Shown here one piece after another: positions 50,657 to 63,350 of a DNA stretch of 64,000 nt. Position 1 is the first letter of the stretch, and each line of letters starts with the position of its first letter. Origin of the DNA: Octopus vulgaris. Its lineage: Eukaryota. A program made the translations under genes and the position numbers. The DNA is taken from assembly GCA_951406725.2 (NCBI GenBank), contig OX597818.1, positions 124,248,001-124,312,000 of the forward strand, read 5' to 3'. The notes under the pieces were generated by a model. It saw only the letters and a program-made list of their open reading frames with translations. It did no database searches and was not told the DNA's origin.

Positions 50657-52405
50657 TGTATGTATGTATGTATGTATGTATGTATGTATGTATGTATGTG
50701 ATTACTCTGTTTTGTGTCAAGATTTCTTCCCAATAGTGAAAAAGCCGGTTTCTAACCTAGATCCGAGGCTCCTTCATTGGAATTTCAACATCAACAGGGT
50801 AATTTTTTATTTAGTTTTATTTAGTTGCCAATTTTGTACAAGACATTGTAGATCTTTAGCTGGGCTAAAAAGTCACATTCGATCACAGCACCAGTAACAG
50901 TTAAGCTTCGTGCAATGGCCATACTCGATAACGAGGGGGCAACCATAATATGTATGTATGTGTACATGCATGTATGTATGTGCAAACAAATGGCCAAGTG
51001 GTTTAAGACGTTCATTTCACATTCATGAAATCCCAGACTCAACCAGACATGTCATTTTTAGGCAGGTCTCTCAGGTCACCTCATGCTCTTGGGGCAATTG
51101 TGGGTAGATAGAAACTGTGTGGAAACCTGTCACACCAACTGTATCTTATACGCAAAGGTACAACTTTCTCAAACACTATCTCACACTGATTTCGCCCCGG
51201 GATTACGTTAAGGGTACACGTATCTGTGGAATACTCAGCCACCTACAATTCATCGAACAGTTGATCGAAGATCTTAAATACTCAGCATGTAGCTAGTCTC
51301 ATAATTGTTTGTATTAGAGGAAAGCTAGCAAAGCCACAGTTCTAATATAGCTTATTTAGAGTACGTTTGTTTTGTGGAGCACGTTTCCTCTCCTAGCTAT
51401 TTTCATGGGAATTGATTTTAGCTCTGCAAGCAAAGGAAACACAGTCTTTGGTTGTCTCTTGCGGCAACACCCACATAGTTAAAATAGACAAAACCGCATG
51501 ACAAAGAATAGAAAATTAAAATCAGAAGGCATTTCTTCCTTCATTAGTTGCTAAGACTCTTCCACCACTCACGCACCTTTACATACAAACACCGGAGTAC
51601 TGTTTACTGTTTGGGGCGGGCGGTTTTTCTATAAGCATGTATTTTTCTGAAGAATTCTATAAAGTATGGATGTATTATCTATTAATATTTTCCTATTTAA
51701 TGTGGCAAGCTGGCTCAATCGTTACCGCGCCGGAAAATGCTTAGCGGTATATCTTACGACTCTACGTTCTGAGTTCAAATACTGCCAGAACCAACTGTGC
51801 GTTTCAGCCTTTCGGAGTCGATAAAATAAGTACCAGTCGAACACTGGGGATCGATATAATCAACTTACCTTCTCTGAAATTGCTGGCCTTTTGTGAAAAT
51901 TTGGAACTGGTTTTTCCCTGTCTAGCTTCGTTTTATAGTGTGTGCTGTAGTCTGTTGCGATTGCTCCTTGTAAATGCATGGTGAGCCAACGAAAGAGAGA
52001 GCTATACTTGTCTGGCCAATATCAAAGTTTGTTCATGAAGTTTGTAACATTCACTTTTACAGTAAAATTTATAAATTATGCTGGTCATCTGAAGCTTCTT
52101 CTGGAATTTACATGCTTGTAGTATGCTATTGATAAGGTGGCTTTTGATCTTAACATTTTTGTGGTATATTTTAATGTCAGTTAATGGCTTTAGTATGAAA
52201 CATTTTGTACTTCGTTTCATGAGATTCTCGATAATGGGGTCGTTTATTCTATAACGAGCATACATTTGATTCAAAGAATACACTTAGTATGTAATATGTG
52301 TATATTTAGTAAAGGTAGTGTGTAAAGTATTTGTTGCGTTATATTTCTATCTATATTCATCAGTAACATGCTCCACAAGTTTGTTTAAAAATATGCTGTT
52401 AATTA

Positions 52406-54430
52406 ATGGTTATAGAGGTGCTTTCCGAGTGCCCCGGGGACAAGTCGCCGGGATTGGATGGTCTACCTTACAAATTTTATAAGAGTATGCCAGACTTGTT
52501 CGGGAACATACTGGCCAGTTTTTACGTGAATTGGCAGCAGAATGGGAGAATTTCCAAATCTGTGAACCGAGAAGTTGTGACACTGATCAGGAAAGACCCG
52601 AGCAAGGGGGATAACTTTAGGCCCATAACTCTACTAAACACAGAGTTAAAGATTTTGGCCAAGGTGTTAGCCAAGAGAATGAGGATTGTCGTAGGCGACC
52701 TGGTTGGAGAGGCGCAGACATGCGCCATCCCAGGAAGGACGATATTCGACAACCTTCATCTCATACGCTACACCATAGAGAGGGTGGGTAAAGTTCCTGG
52801 CAAAGGTGGGGCACTGGTAAATTTAGACCAGTCTAAGGCATTCGATAGGGTCGACCATCGGTATCTGGCGGCGGTCCTCCGGGCAATCGGATTGGGCTCG
52901 ATTTTCCGAGGCTGGATCGAAGCTTTATATTGTAACATCGAATCAGTCGTCTGGGTGAATGGGTTCTTCTGGAGCCCATTCGCTACTGAACTTTCGGTTC
53001 GTCAGGGCTGCCCATTGTCCCCGCTCCTGTATGTGCTGGCTCTCGAGCCCCTACTGCGGAGATTGGGCCGTTGGGGAGGGGGAAACCCGCGTGATCTATG
53101 TTATGGTAGAAGTGTAACGGCATATGCGGATTATGTTACCATCATCGTGTCTGATGAAGGGCAGCTACCTCGTGTAGAAGACACTGTCAAAGGATACGAA
53201 GCGGTGGCAGGGGCAGAAATTAACCAGGAAAAATCAGTTGGCTTGCAACTCGGCACCTGGCGTGGCAAGTCTATGCCTCCTGATTGCGTCGTCAGACGTT
53301 GAATGGAGGGCCCGGTTAAGCTGCTCGGGGTCTGGTTTGCATCAGAACTCCAGGTGGAGAAAAACTGGAGCGAAGTAACGAGTAAGGTGACAGCCAAAAC
53401 CTAGACATGGTCTGGGAGGACGTTATCCTTGCTAGGAAGGGCCGAGGTCACACAGATGTTTATGCCCCGGTTTGTGGTTGAACAAGCTGGAAAGGATCCT
53501 TTTCCGCTTTTTGTGGAAGGGGAAACCACCTCTTGTGAGGTGCTCCATTTGTTGTCAGAAACCGTTAAAGAGTAGACTGGAGATGCCTTGGCTGATGATG
53601 CGCAAATATGAGTTGAAGCTGAGACACCTCCGGTGCTACCTGAATGGTGAGCAGGTGTGGTCACCGCATGCCAAGCAACTTTTTCCACAATTGGAGTCCC
53701 TTCGGGACTTAGGCACGTGGATCAGGCGGAGGCCTAAGATAGGGGAATGGCAGAGAGAGCGCAGACAAGCACTCAGTCTGTTCTCCCGAGCGAGCAGTAC
53801 CGGCAGTGAGGTTACCACTGCAGATTTTTATAGAGGGTTGGTAGAGTGTAAGTCTGATGACGTCCTGGAGGAGACTCTGGGTTTTGACGATGAACAACTA
53901 ACCGGTCTGTTCGCGAGGACATTCGGGCCGAGGTACCTGGATAATTTCCAGAAATCCTTGGCTTGGTTGTGCTATCGTTCGGCGTTGCCAGTTCGGGAGA
54001 GGTTGTCCAGACACGGTTATAAACCCCCACCACACGTCCGAGGTGCGTGCGCGTCAGTGAAACTGTTGCGCACGCCTTCGTACATTGTGGAGAGTTGAGG
54101 AGGTTGGTGACCTATGTCAAACAACTGATGTCGGATGAGGAAAGAGTACACTCTCGATTGAGACCATAGTTAAGATCATACTGCCTCCCTCCTTTAACAA
54201 GGAAAGGAAGGCAGCCGTTTTCTGCGTAGTAGCCATACTGAAAGTGACAGTGTGGCGAACAAGAGCAAAAGAGATTGAGACAGGTGTTGGAAAGTTGGTT
54301 CAACTTCCACCTCGTGAGGAAGATCCGTCTGGAGAGAAAGTACCTGCCTCATAGCGTGAATGAGAAAAGATGGAAAAATGTCGTAAGAAAGTTGCGTATG
54401 TATGGGGCCGTGCTGGTGTTGCCGGTCAAT
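52406..54430 (+). pseudogene. Tx1/L1-clade LINE ORF2 (reverse transcriptase), 5'-truncated and disrupted
   Basis: Motifs KSPGLDGLP, NFRPITLLNTELKILAK, LDQSKAFDRVDH, SVRQGCPLSPLLY and AYADYV. Stops at 53300 and 53402 and frameshifts follow, then ILFRFLWKGK. Confidence 0.93.
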
Positions 54431-54839
54431 GAAGAAGAAGGCGGAATTTGAACTCAGAACGTAGCGGCAGACGAAATACCGCTAAGCATTTCGCCCGGCG
54501 CGCTAACGTTTCTGCCAGCTCGCCGCCTTATATAGGTTACATTATGGGCAGCGGAAAGTTACTTCGGTTGTGTTGATTCCTTGCATATCTTTAATTATTT
54601 GGCTGGTATTGTAGGGTGACTATATTTTTGGAGTTTATATAGATCATCTGATGTGATTTCGATTGTTTCTGCAACTGGATTTAACTGGAAGAGTCGTATT
54701 TTCAATATACCATGTCTAACTTATAAGTTGTTTATCCATATATACAAATATAATATACATGCATACATACACACACACACATACAGTTACACTGACGTTA
54801 TACATACATCCACAAACATACTCACAGAGGCTCTCTTGT

Positions 54840-55306
54840 TTTTATCATTACTACCGTCAACACCATCGTCATCACCACCATTATCATCATCACTACAGCT
54901 ACCACCACGACCACTATTACCAAATCCATCACCACCACCATCATCACCACCACCACCACCACCACCACTAACATCAACATCATCATCATCATCGTCATCA
55001 TCATCATCATCATCGTCGTCATCATCATCATCATCATCAACATCGTCATCATCATCATCGTCGTCGTCGTCATCCTCCTCATCATCATCATCCTCATCAT
55101 CGTCATCCTCATCGTCATCCTCATCATCATCATCATCCTCATCATCATCATCATTCATAAGTTTTTATATAATATGTATATTGTCGAATGTTATATATTA
55201 TATGTTTTATGGCAATCACTCGCATACACACGTCCACTCACATACACGTGTACACATATGCATACACACACATACACACACACGCACGCACACGCGCGCA
55301 CACACA

Positions 55307-55340
<34 letters not shown>

Positions 55341-56030
55341 CACACGTCCAGATTCACGCTCCACAATCTCCTAATTCATTCTTTTCACATTTTCAGTCAT
55401 CTCCCCCATCCATTCACCTACATCAACACCACCAGAATCATAAACGCTACCACCACCACCACCACCATCACCACCCACCACCACCACCACCACCACCGTC
55501 ACCACCACCATTTCCACCACCAGCACTACCACTACCACCGTCCCCACCATTTCCACCACCAGCACTACCACTACCAATACTACCACCACCACCGCCGCCG
55601 CCACAATCACCACCATAACCATCACCACCACCACCACCACCACCACTGCAACTGCCGCCGCCGCCACCACCACCACTATCATCACAATCACCACCATCAC
55701 CCCCATCATCGCCATCACCACTACCACCACCATCGCCACCTCCACCACCACCATCGCCACCATCACCACCATCGCCGCCATCACCACCATCGCCGTCATC
55801 ACCACCTTCATCATCATCATCATCATCATCATCATTACAAAACGTCAGCAGTAATAACAGCTACAACAACAACAGCAACAACAACAACAAAAGCATAAGT
55901 AACAACAACAGCAGCAAAAACAGCAACAGCAACAACAACATCAACAATATCGACAACAACAACAACAACAAGCAACAGCAGCAGCAGTTACAACAACAAC
56001 AACAACAACAATAACCTACCAACTGTAACA
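54840..56030. repeat. Compound (CAT/CAC/CAA)n and (CA)n low-complexity tract
   Basis: Direct inspection. Confidence 0.9.
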
Positions 56031-56249
56031 ATTGTTTGAACATCGAGTAATCTACGTAAAACCATTGGAATTATCGATAAAAATGAAAGGAGGAAAAACA
56101 AAATTTATATAAAACCCAGCTAAATAAATACATAAATAACGCGTGGTTATTGTTTAACACCAGGCCAGACCAAACCGAGTAGACATATGACTAATGATGT
56201 TTCAACCATGATCATCCTGTTTCTCCCTTTATATATATATATATATATA

Positions 56250-56460
56250 GTTAATCCAAACAAGAAAACACAGAAAAAAAAACACAGCAACGCGAGGACG
56301 TGGAACAATTAAAGTATTATTTGACGCTCAGGAAAGAAGGGAAGGAGGGTTTAACGTTTCGAGCGGAGCTCTTCGTCGGAAACAAAGGAGAAGGAAAGAT
56401 CCCGAGAAGGGAAGACAGAGGAAAAAAATTTTTTGCTGGTGGTGCTCAAGAGATCATATA
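56250..56460 (-). mobile_element. TA-embedded pLTR-like element with minimal hammerhead-like motif (56349-56383)
   Basis: Minus strand reads gttt-CCGACGA-A-GAGC(TCC)GCTC-GAAA-CG-TT-aaac. Confidence 0.6.
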
Positions 56461-56618
56461 TATATATATAAATATTTATGTACTTAGGACCACAGAATCC
56501 AATGTGTTCTTTTTACAGAGAGTTAGAGTATGATTTGAGGGAGATTTAGGTGTTATCTCTAGCAGATCGAGTTACTCATTGAAGCAAGCATCTCTCATTA
56601 ACTGCCTTCTTTGTCCCT

Positions 56619-56664
<46 letters not shown>

Positions 56665-57295
56665 TATGTACGTATGTATGTGTATATTCATCTATCCATC
56701 CCACCTCTCTCTCTCTATATATATATATATATAAATAAACAAACACACATATATACAAATGCCTATACTATACTATATATATATATAAACAAACACACAT
56801 ATATACAAATGCCTATACTATACTATATATATATATAGTGTGTGTGTGTGTGTGATAAGCACTTCCCCAACAACATCACCGTAGAAAACCAATAAAAGAA
56901 TCAAAGAATAAAAGAATATTATTCATCTGCAACGAATAAAATTATAGCTGAAAGCCAAAACATATATAACACCCTTTCCCCCTCCTCCTCACACACAAAT
57001 ACAAATGCCGGCACTCGAGGCGCATGCGTACGTTCACTCTCATTAAGCAATTTTCATGTTATGCTGTTTCTTCATCTGTGTTGTAGCACTCTCGTAGTGG
57101 GCGGCAAATGCCATCGGCAACACCAAACTGGGTGCTTAGAGCGGTTGTGATTTTTGTTAACAGAAAGATATTTAAACCAGGTTCAATAACTATATTTTAA
57201 ACGCAATTTTCCCAAACAACAGAAATTGTTGCTGAGTTGCATTTGAAAAATCATTTCAATCTGAAGGCAGTCTCTTATATTAGTTGAATAAGTAT

Positions 57296-57706
57296 AGGCG
57301 CAGGAGTGGCTGTGTGGTAAGTAGCTTGCTAACTAACCACATGGTTCCGGGTTCAGTCCCACTGCGTGGCATCTTGGGCAAGTGTCTTCTGCTATAGCCC
57401 CGGGCCGACCAATGCTTTGTGAGTGGATTTGGTAGATGAAAACTGAAAGAAGCCTGTCGTATATATGTATATATATATGTATGTGTTTGTGTGTCTGTGT
57501 TTGTCCTCCTAGCATTGCTTGACAACCGATGCTGGTGTGTTTACGTCCCCGTCACATAGCGGTTCGGCAAAAAGAGACCGATAGAATAAGTACTGGGCTT
57601 ACAAAGAATAAGTCCCGGGGTCGATTTGCTCGACTAAAGGCGGTGCTCCAGCATGGCCGCAGTCAAAATGACTGAAACAAGTAGAAAAAAGAAAAGAAAA
57701 AAAGAA
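57296..57706 (+). mobile_element. SINE family A, full length
   Basis: AAGTATAG is duplicated at 57290-57297 and 57707-57714. Confidence 0.9.
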
Positions 57707-57716
57707 AAGTATAGAC

Positions 57717-58018
57717 CAGTGGTTCTAAACTGAGGGTCCATGTGGCCCCTAAGGGTTTTCCTATAAGTTTTCTGGGGTTCCACAGAACAAAATAGAATAG
57801 TAAATTGGGGACCCACAATAGTATTGTAAGGCTAGGTTTCTTTCTTTAATATATCCCACAGTTGAACCTTACTCAAGTTAATGTGTGAGAAACAAAATAG
57901 GAATTTTGAAAGAAGTATCTATAAGACTGGATTTTAAACACCGAATGGCCGTGGGGGTTCACCAGAATGAAAGAGTAATCAAAGGGGTCCATACATAAAA
58001 CATGTTTGAAAGCCCCTG
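57717..58018. mobile_element. hAT-type MITE
   Basis: Ends CAGTGGTTCTAAAC and GTTTGAAAGCCCCTG, with an 8-bp TSD GTATAGAC/GTATAGAT. Confidence 0.85.
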
Positions 58019-58227
58019 GTATAGATAGTGCCAAATAGCTTTTCTCGAAAATAGAATCTGCTTGTATACAAATGGAATAATATGAAAAACACATAGCTTC
58101 CCATTATTTTTTGTATAGGGCGTGCGGGTGTGCGTGCGGGTGTGCGTGCGGGTGTGCGTGCGGGCGTGCGGGTGTGCGTGCGGGCGGGCGGGTGTGCGTG
58201 CGGGCGTGCGGGCGTTCTTGTGTGTGT

Positions 58228-58560
58228 GGTTTATACCTGTGATTATTGGTGCACTGGGATATGTAACACACTGCCTAAATACCAGTCATGGGAAATTAGG
58301 CTTATCAAAACCAGAAAGGAGAAAGCTGATTCGAAGACTGCAGATCTAACCCATTACTGGAACTGTAAAAATCTGTAAAACGTTTCAAAAGTTTATCATT
58401 TAAGTATATATGAGCTTGTCATGGATGAGAAGACATACATATAACAAAACATAAAAATCTGCACGTATACATACATGTATACAAAAATATCCTGTTGGTG
58501 TTGTTGAAATTCCAATGAAGGAGCCTTGGATCTAGGTAAGAAACCAGCTCATTCTCTAAA
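58228..58560 (+). mobile_element. R4/Dong-like RLE LINE 3' fragment
   Basis: FIPVIIGALGYV...LQI*PITGTVKICKTF resembles an RLE C-terminus. The 3' UTR block GAAATTCCAATGAAGGAGCC..GGATCTAGG recurs inverted at about 50745-50795. Confidence 0.7.
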
Positions 58561-59056
58561 CGTGAGTATTTAGACGTACGTATAAGAGTGAAATCGTATC
58601 TAGAAGTGGGCATGAGGCCGAGTGGTTTGTGCGTGTATTAATGCAATGTATATATGTGTATAGATGTGTGCAAGTTTGGGGATGTAATGACATTGGTTAA
58701 CAAGACTGCGGTGTGTGCTGTGTGTCCTTGCGTAGACGTAAACCGACTTGTGAGAAAGTTTGAGGGGGCGCGAGCGTGAGTAAATGAAGATATTGGTGAA
58801 GTAAATAGGACAACAAGAGCAATGTGTAGGTGTTACTGATGTGTGTGTAAGTGTATAGCAAAAGTACGTAGGAGTGTGAAAACGCTTTTTTTTCTTTAAG
58901 AAAGAGGAAAGGTTAAAACTAAAATTTGAAAGGGAAATGCAGGAATTTTTATGAGGAAAGGAAAAGTCAAAGAGACTGATTGCCTAACAATGATAAAAGG
59001 GTCGAAATTATATAACAATGATAAAAGAATCGAAGAACTTAGTAGAGTGTCTAGAA

Positions 59057-59257
59057 CAGTGGTTTTCAACCAGGGTTCCGCCAGTACAGTCCAGGGGTTC
59101 CGCAAGAAGTTACAAAACTGCTAAAATCGGCAGTAATTTTTAAATCTCCTGTGCAGATATGTGTGCATAAGACTATTAAATTATTGCACAGGGGTTCCTC
59201 GAGCCAGTGGAATGTTTCCTTGGGGTTCCGCTCCAGCAAAAAGTTTGAAACGCACTG
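59057..59257. mobile_element. hAT-type MITE
   Basis: Ends CAGTGGTTTTCAAC and GTTTGAAACGCACTG, with a perfect 8-bp TSD GTCTAGAA. Confidence 0.92.
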
Positions 59258-59634
59258 GTCTAGAAGGTGATAAGAGTCTAGTAAAATTCACGAAGGAGAT
59301 GAAATAATTGTGATGAAAAAGCTGAAAAAAACCTACGGAGTAGAAATAACTATGATGAACAGGTAAAAAGTCAGACATGATGTGTGTGGTGAAAATTTTT
59401 TTTAAATGGCGGTGAGGAGAGAATTTATCTTTTCTGACAAAAAAAGTGTGTGTAATTACAGGAGGAACATAAGTAGAGTGCATGGGAGGGGTAGGATGCT
59501 AAGTTGTTCAACAAGCTAAAGAGCTGGTAGCGATCAAGCAGGGGTGACAAGTGAAGGTAGGGAGGGAAGGAGTTCGATTCCAAGCAGCGACCTGAACAAT
59601 AACAATAATAACAATATTAATAATAATAATAATT

Positions 59635-59704
<70 letters not shown>

Positions 59705-59807
59705 TAATAATAATAACAATAATAATAATAATAACAATAATAATAATAATAATAATAATAACAACAACAACAATAACAACAACAACGACAGCAACAACAA
59801 CAATAAT

Positions 59808-59978
59808 GATAACATCGAAAAATACCTTAGGAATGAGAACCCAGGTTCGAAATTTTCCCCAAGACACCTTATATCAGCCGAAATGTGTTAACAGCAAACA
59901 AGATGAGAACAAATATCCGTCGAATGTAAATAATGTAAATAATGTACCATAATTCCTCATCTCTTAAATATAGAACTG
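59808..59978 (+). mobile_element. (AAT)n-adjacent pLTR-like element, hammerhead core deleted
   Basis: Inverted homolog of 62496-62685 that lacks about 20 bp between GACACCT and TATATCAGCC. Confidence 0.7.
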
Positions 59979-60033
59979 TATGCATATGTACATTTATAAC
60001 AATACAAGCACACACACACACACACACACACAT

Positions 60034-60067
<34 letters not shown>

Positions 60068-60429
60068 GCACTCACATACACACATATGTACAGACATATA
60101 CTTACATCCAAATACCTACATGTATATACACATATAATATAACAAATACGTATACGGACTTATGGTGAAGCTTATGGCTTATGGATATAAACGTAGAGCC
60201 GGTCCATAATGCTGAAAAGTAAACATTTTTATCATACTGAACCTGACTATTGGATTATAAATGGAAAATTAATGAATCTTATATAAAATTGAAAAAATAA
60301 AAAGCAATATCTAACAGGAATACATAGACGTTTTGAGGTGTAAAACTACAGTACCATGCGGTCATTAGAGGGTAACAACTTCAAAAATATGTAAAAAAAA
60401 AAAAAAAAAAGTAATTCAAGCATTAGATA

Positions 60430-61290
60430 TGGTATGGTAGATTGGAATGTTATACATCAGTAGGTAAAAAGTTATTTTTACAAATAGCAGAATGTCTTAA
60501 TATGATGTAATACATTATCTATTACTAAGGTGAAACCAAATTATGGTTAACAGGTAGGGAATGATTTAGGTTATAAAGTTTATTACAGTAGGTTTAAAAA
60601 TTAAGTGTAAGGTTAAGTATAGGGACGATTTGTATCGAAGGTGCTAACACCAATGGGTAATAAATATTTTTACAAATAGCAGAACGTCTGAATATGGTCT
60701 AATATGTTATCTATCACTAAAGTGAGAACAAATTATAGTTAACAAAGTGGGGAAATTATTCAATTATATTGATCTAGGTAGTAAAATGCCTGGATCAATA
60801 ATACGTAATAAATAGTCCAGGCATTGAATATGGGTATAATAGACTGGAATGTTGTACATCAATGGGTAAAAAGTATTTTTTACAAATAGCAGAATCTCTG
60901 AATATGGTTTAAAATATTATCTATTACTAAGGTGAAACCCAATAACGGTTAAACGAGGTAGGGAATTATTCATTTGTATTGATGTAAATTATAAAATTTA
61001 TTGGTGTAGGTGTAGTAAGTTTAAGGTTAGATATAGCTAGCACACGAGAACGATTTGAATTAAAGTGTTGGCATTAAAGAGTAATAAATATTTTCACTAA
61101 TATCTGAATGATGAATATAGTCTAATACATAATCTGTACTAAAGTGTACATAAAATTATGGTTAAACCAGGTAGGGAATTATTCAACTGCATTGATCTAG
61201 GTTATAAATTTTATTAGCGTAGGTGTAATAATTCAGTGTAAGTTTAGGTATATATATAGGAATGATTTGTATTTAAAGTGTTGATAACTT
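60430..61290. repeat. Degenerate ~190-215-bp tandem repeat, about 4 units
   Basis: TTTACAAATAGCAGAA occurs at about 60477, 60669 and 60879, with a decayed copy at about 61092. GGTAGGGAAT-like blocks recur. Confidence 0.8.
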
Positions 61291-62490
61291 ATAATCAATA
61301 CATCACGCTAATTGATAATATTCGATTTAATTTTATGAATAGAGGATGCCTCAAACACACAGAGCCCACACCATTCAACGCCACCTTTATATGGTTGTGC
61401 ATTACGTAGATTAGACCAAGCAAGTCTAAACTGAAACTACTATCAGTGAGAGAATGTACAAACTTAGCTAGAGATGTACTATTAGCTTTTTTTATGCCTA
61501 AATGTAAATTTATGATTATGCTAGCGAAGTTTGCATGAGAAAGAGGACGAACCAAAATAAAAATAGCCTTTTCCAAAAGTGGGAATGGATCAGTTATACA
61601 CTATATTTTTCTTAAGGCACTAGCTATTAGGGGGACACAGTAATTTATTATGAAAGTTACATAGAGCAATGTTAACCAGAATATTAATAGGTACGATGGG
61701 TTCAGCTTGACAATCATTAATAGTTCTATTATTAGGATCGGGTACATTAATATGATTATTTGCAGGAGATGTTATATTGCAGATATTTGGGTGGCTAAGA
61801 GTTGTAGTCTTAGATGGACGGTCAGTTATTACTCTTTTTACTCTCTTTTACTTGTTTCAGTCATTTGACTGCGGCCATGCTGGAGCACCGCCTTTAGTCG
61901 AGCAACTCGACCCCGGGACTTATTCTTTGTAAGCCTAGTACTTATTCTATCGGTGTCTTTTGCCGAACCGCTAAGTGACGGGGACACAAACACACCAGCA
62001 TCGGTTGTCAAGCAATGCTAGGGTGACAAACACAGACTCACAAACATACACGCACACATATATACGACGGGCTTCTTTCAATTTCCGTCTACCAAATCCA
62101 CTCACAAGGCTTTGGTCGGCCCAAGGCTATAGTAGAAGACACTTGCCCAAGGTGCCACTGCACCCGGAACCATGTGGTTGGTAAGCAAGCTACTTACCAC
62201 ACAGCCACTTCTGTAGTATTATAAATTGCATCGTTTAATTTACCATATATTTAACTTGGATAAATATTTAGCAATATTAGTTATGGTAGAGTATGCCAGT
62301 TTAACTATGTGGCTATCGAAAATTTTATCATGCCGGCTAGATTTAAAAAGTGTTTATCTAAAGGTTGACATGAGTCACATCAGAGGCAACACTTAGACTG
62401 AAGGTTGGATTGAACGACAAAATATTCCCATGCAAACTATTTTTATTTTTATTTTTAAGCATATTCAGATTAGATGTGTTAGGGTAGAAA
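61245..62490 (-). pseudogene. Penelope-like element (Naiad-type) ORF C-terminal half with GIY-YIG endonuclease, decayed and split by SINE A (61830-62212)
   Basis: Manual minus-strand translation across frameshifts gives NILSFNPTFSLSV..LDKHF..KIFDSHIVKLAYSTITNI, CNFHNKLLCPPNS*CLKKNIVY..YFG..KLR*HNHKFTFRH, STSLAKFVHSL and AQPYKGGVEWCGLCVFE..IIN*RD. Confidence 0.8.
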
Positions 62491-62495
62491 ATAAT

Positions 62496-62685
62496 ACAGT
62501 TCTATATTCAAGAGATGAGGAATTATGTGCATTATTTACATTATTTACATTCGACGGATATTTGTCCTCATCATGTTCGTTGTTTGACACAATGTTTCGG
62601 CTGATATACCTCCCAGCCTTCTACAGGTGTCTTGGGGAAATTTCGAACCTAGGTTCTCATTCCTACGGTATTTTTCGATGTTATT
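62496..62685 (-). mobile_element. pLTR-like element with minimal hammerhead-like motif (62586-62631)
   Basis: Minus strand reads GACAC-CTGTAGA-A-GGCTG(10 nt)CAGCC-GAAA-CA-TT-GTGTC. Stems I and II are perfect and the core is a variant. Abuts (AAT)n. Confidence 0.65.
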
Positions 62686-62707
62686 ATTATTGTTGTTGCT
62701 GTTGTTG

Positions 62708-62793
<86 letters not shown>

Positions 62794-62808
62794 TGTAGTA
62801 GTAGTAGC

Positions 62809-62843
<35 letters not shown>

Positions 62844-62898
62844 CATATACATGTGTATATTTATATATACACATATACATGTGTATATTTATATATAT

Positions 62899-62934
<36 letters not shown>

Positions 62935-62995
62935 TCATACACAGACACACGCGCGCATTCATGCATATATGTATATATACATATACATATATATG

Positions 62996-63062
<67 letters not shown>

Positions 63063-63091
63063 ATATTCTTGGAATATATATATATATATAT

Positions 63092-63300
63092 TCAGGGAGA
63101 GTTTACGAAAAAAAAGAACAAAAGACGAAGACAGGTGGTGTACAAAACAAACAGATGTATTAGTATAACGCTCAAGAATAGAAAAAGTCTTTTATGTTTC
63201 GAGCCTACGCTCTTCTACAGAAAGGGACACAGAAAAAAACAAGGAGAGAAACAAGGAGAGAGAAAAATGTGTGTAGTGGGTAACGATCTATCATGGCGAC
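63092..63300 (-). mobile_element. TA-embedded pLTR-like element, same family as 22131
   Basis: Minus strand reads cttt-CTGTAGA-A-GAGC(GTAG)GCTC-GAAA-CA-TA-aaag at 63189-63224. Confidence 0.65.
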
Positions 63301-63316
63301 TAGTCATATATAGTCA

Positions 63317-63350
<34 letters not shown>

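Noticed and set aside
52002-52283. Short non-repetitive ORFs (also 25626-25829, 32352-32573, 47489-47689 and 21252-21527) as host exons
   Set aside because: No recognisable motifs or convincing splice sites, and the lengths are compatible with chance or decayed TE sequence. BLASTX would be needed.
56720-56836. 50-bp direct duplication, and the GC-rich (GTGCGG)n run at 58118-58215
   Set aside because: Ordinary slippage products within low-complexity DNA.
58505-58550. CCAATGA...GAAACC in the R4/Dong-like 3' UTR as a hammerhead
   Set aside because: There are two core mismatches in both copies and no stem I. More likely an ordinary LINE 3' stem-loop.
60620-60820. Plus-strand repeat-protein or viral gene relic in the ~200-bp tandem array
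   Set aside because: Frequent stops occur in all units, and the array is better explained as the 3' region of the minus-strand Penelope-like element.
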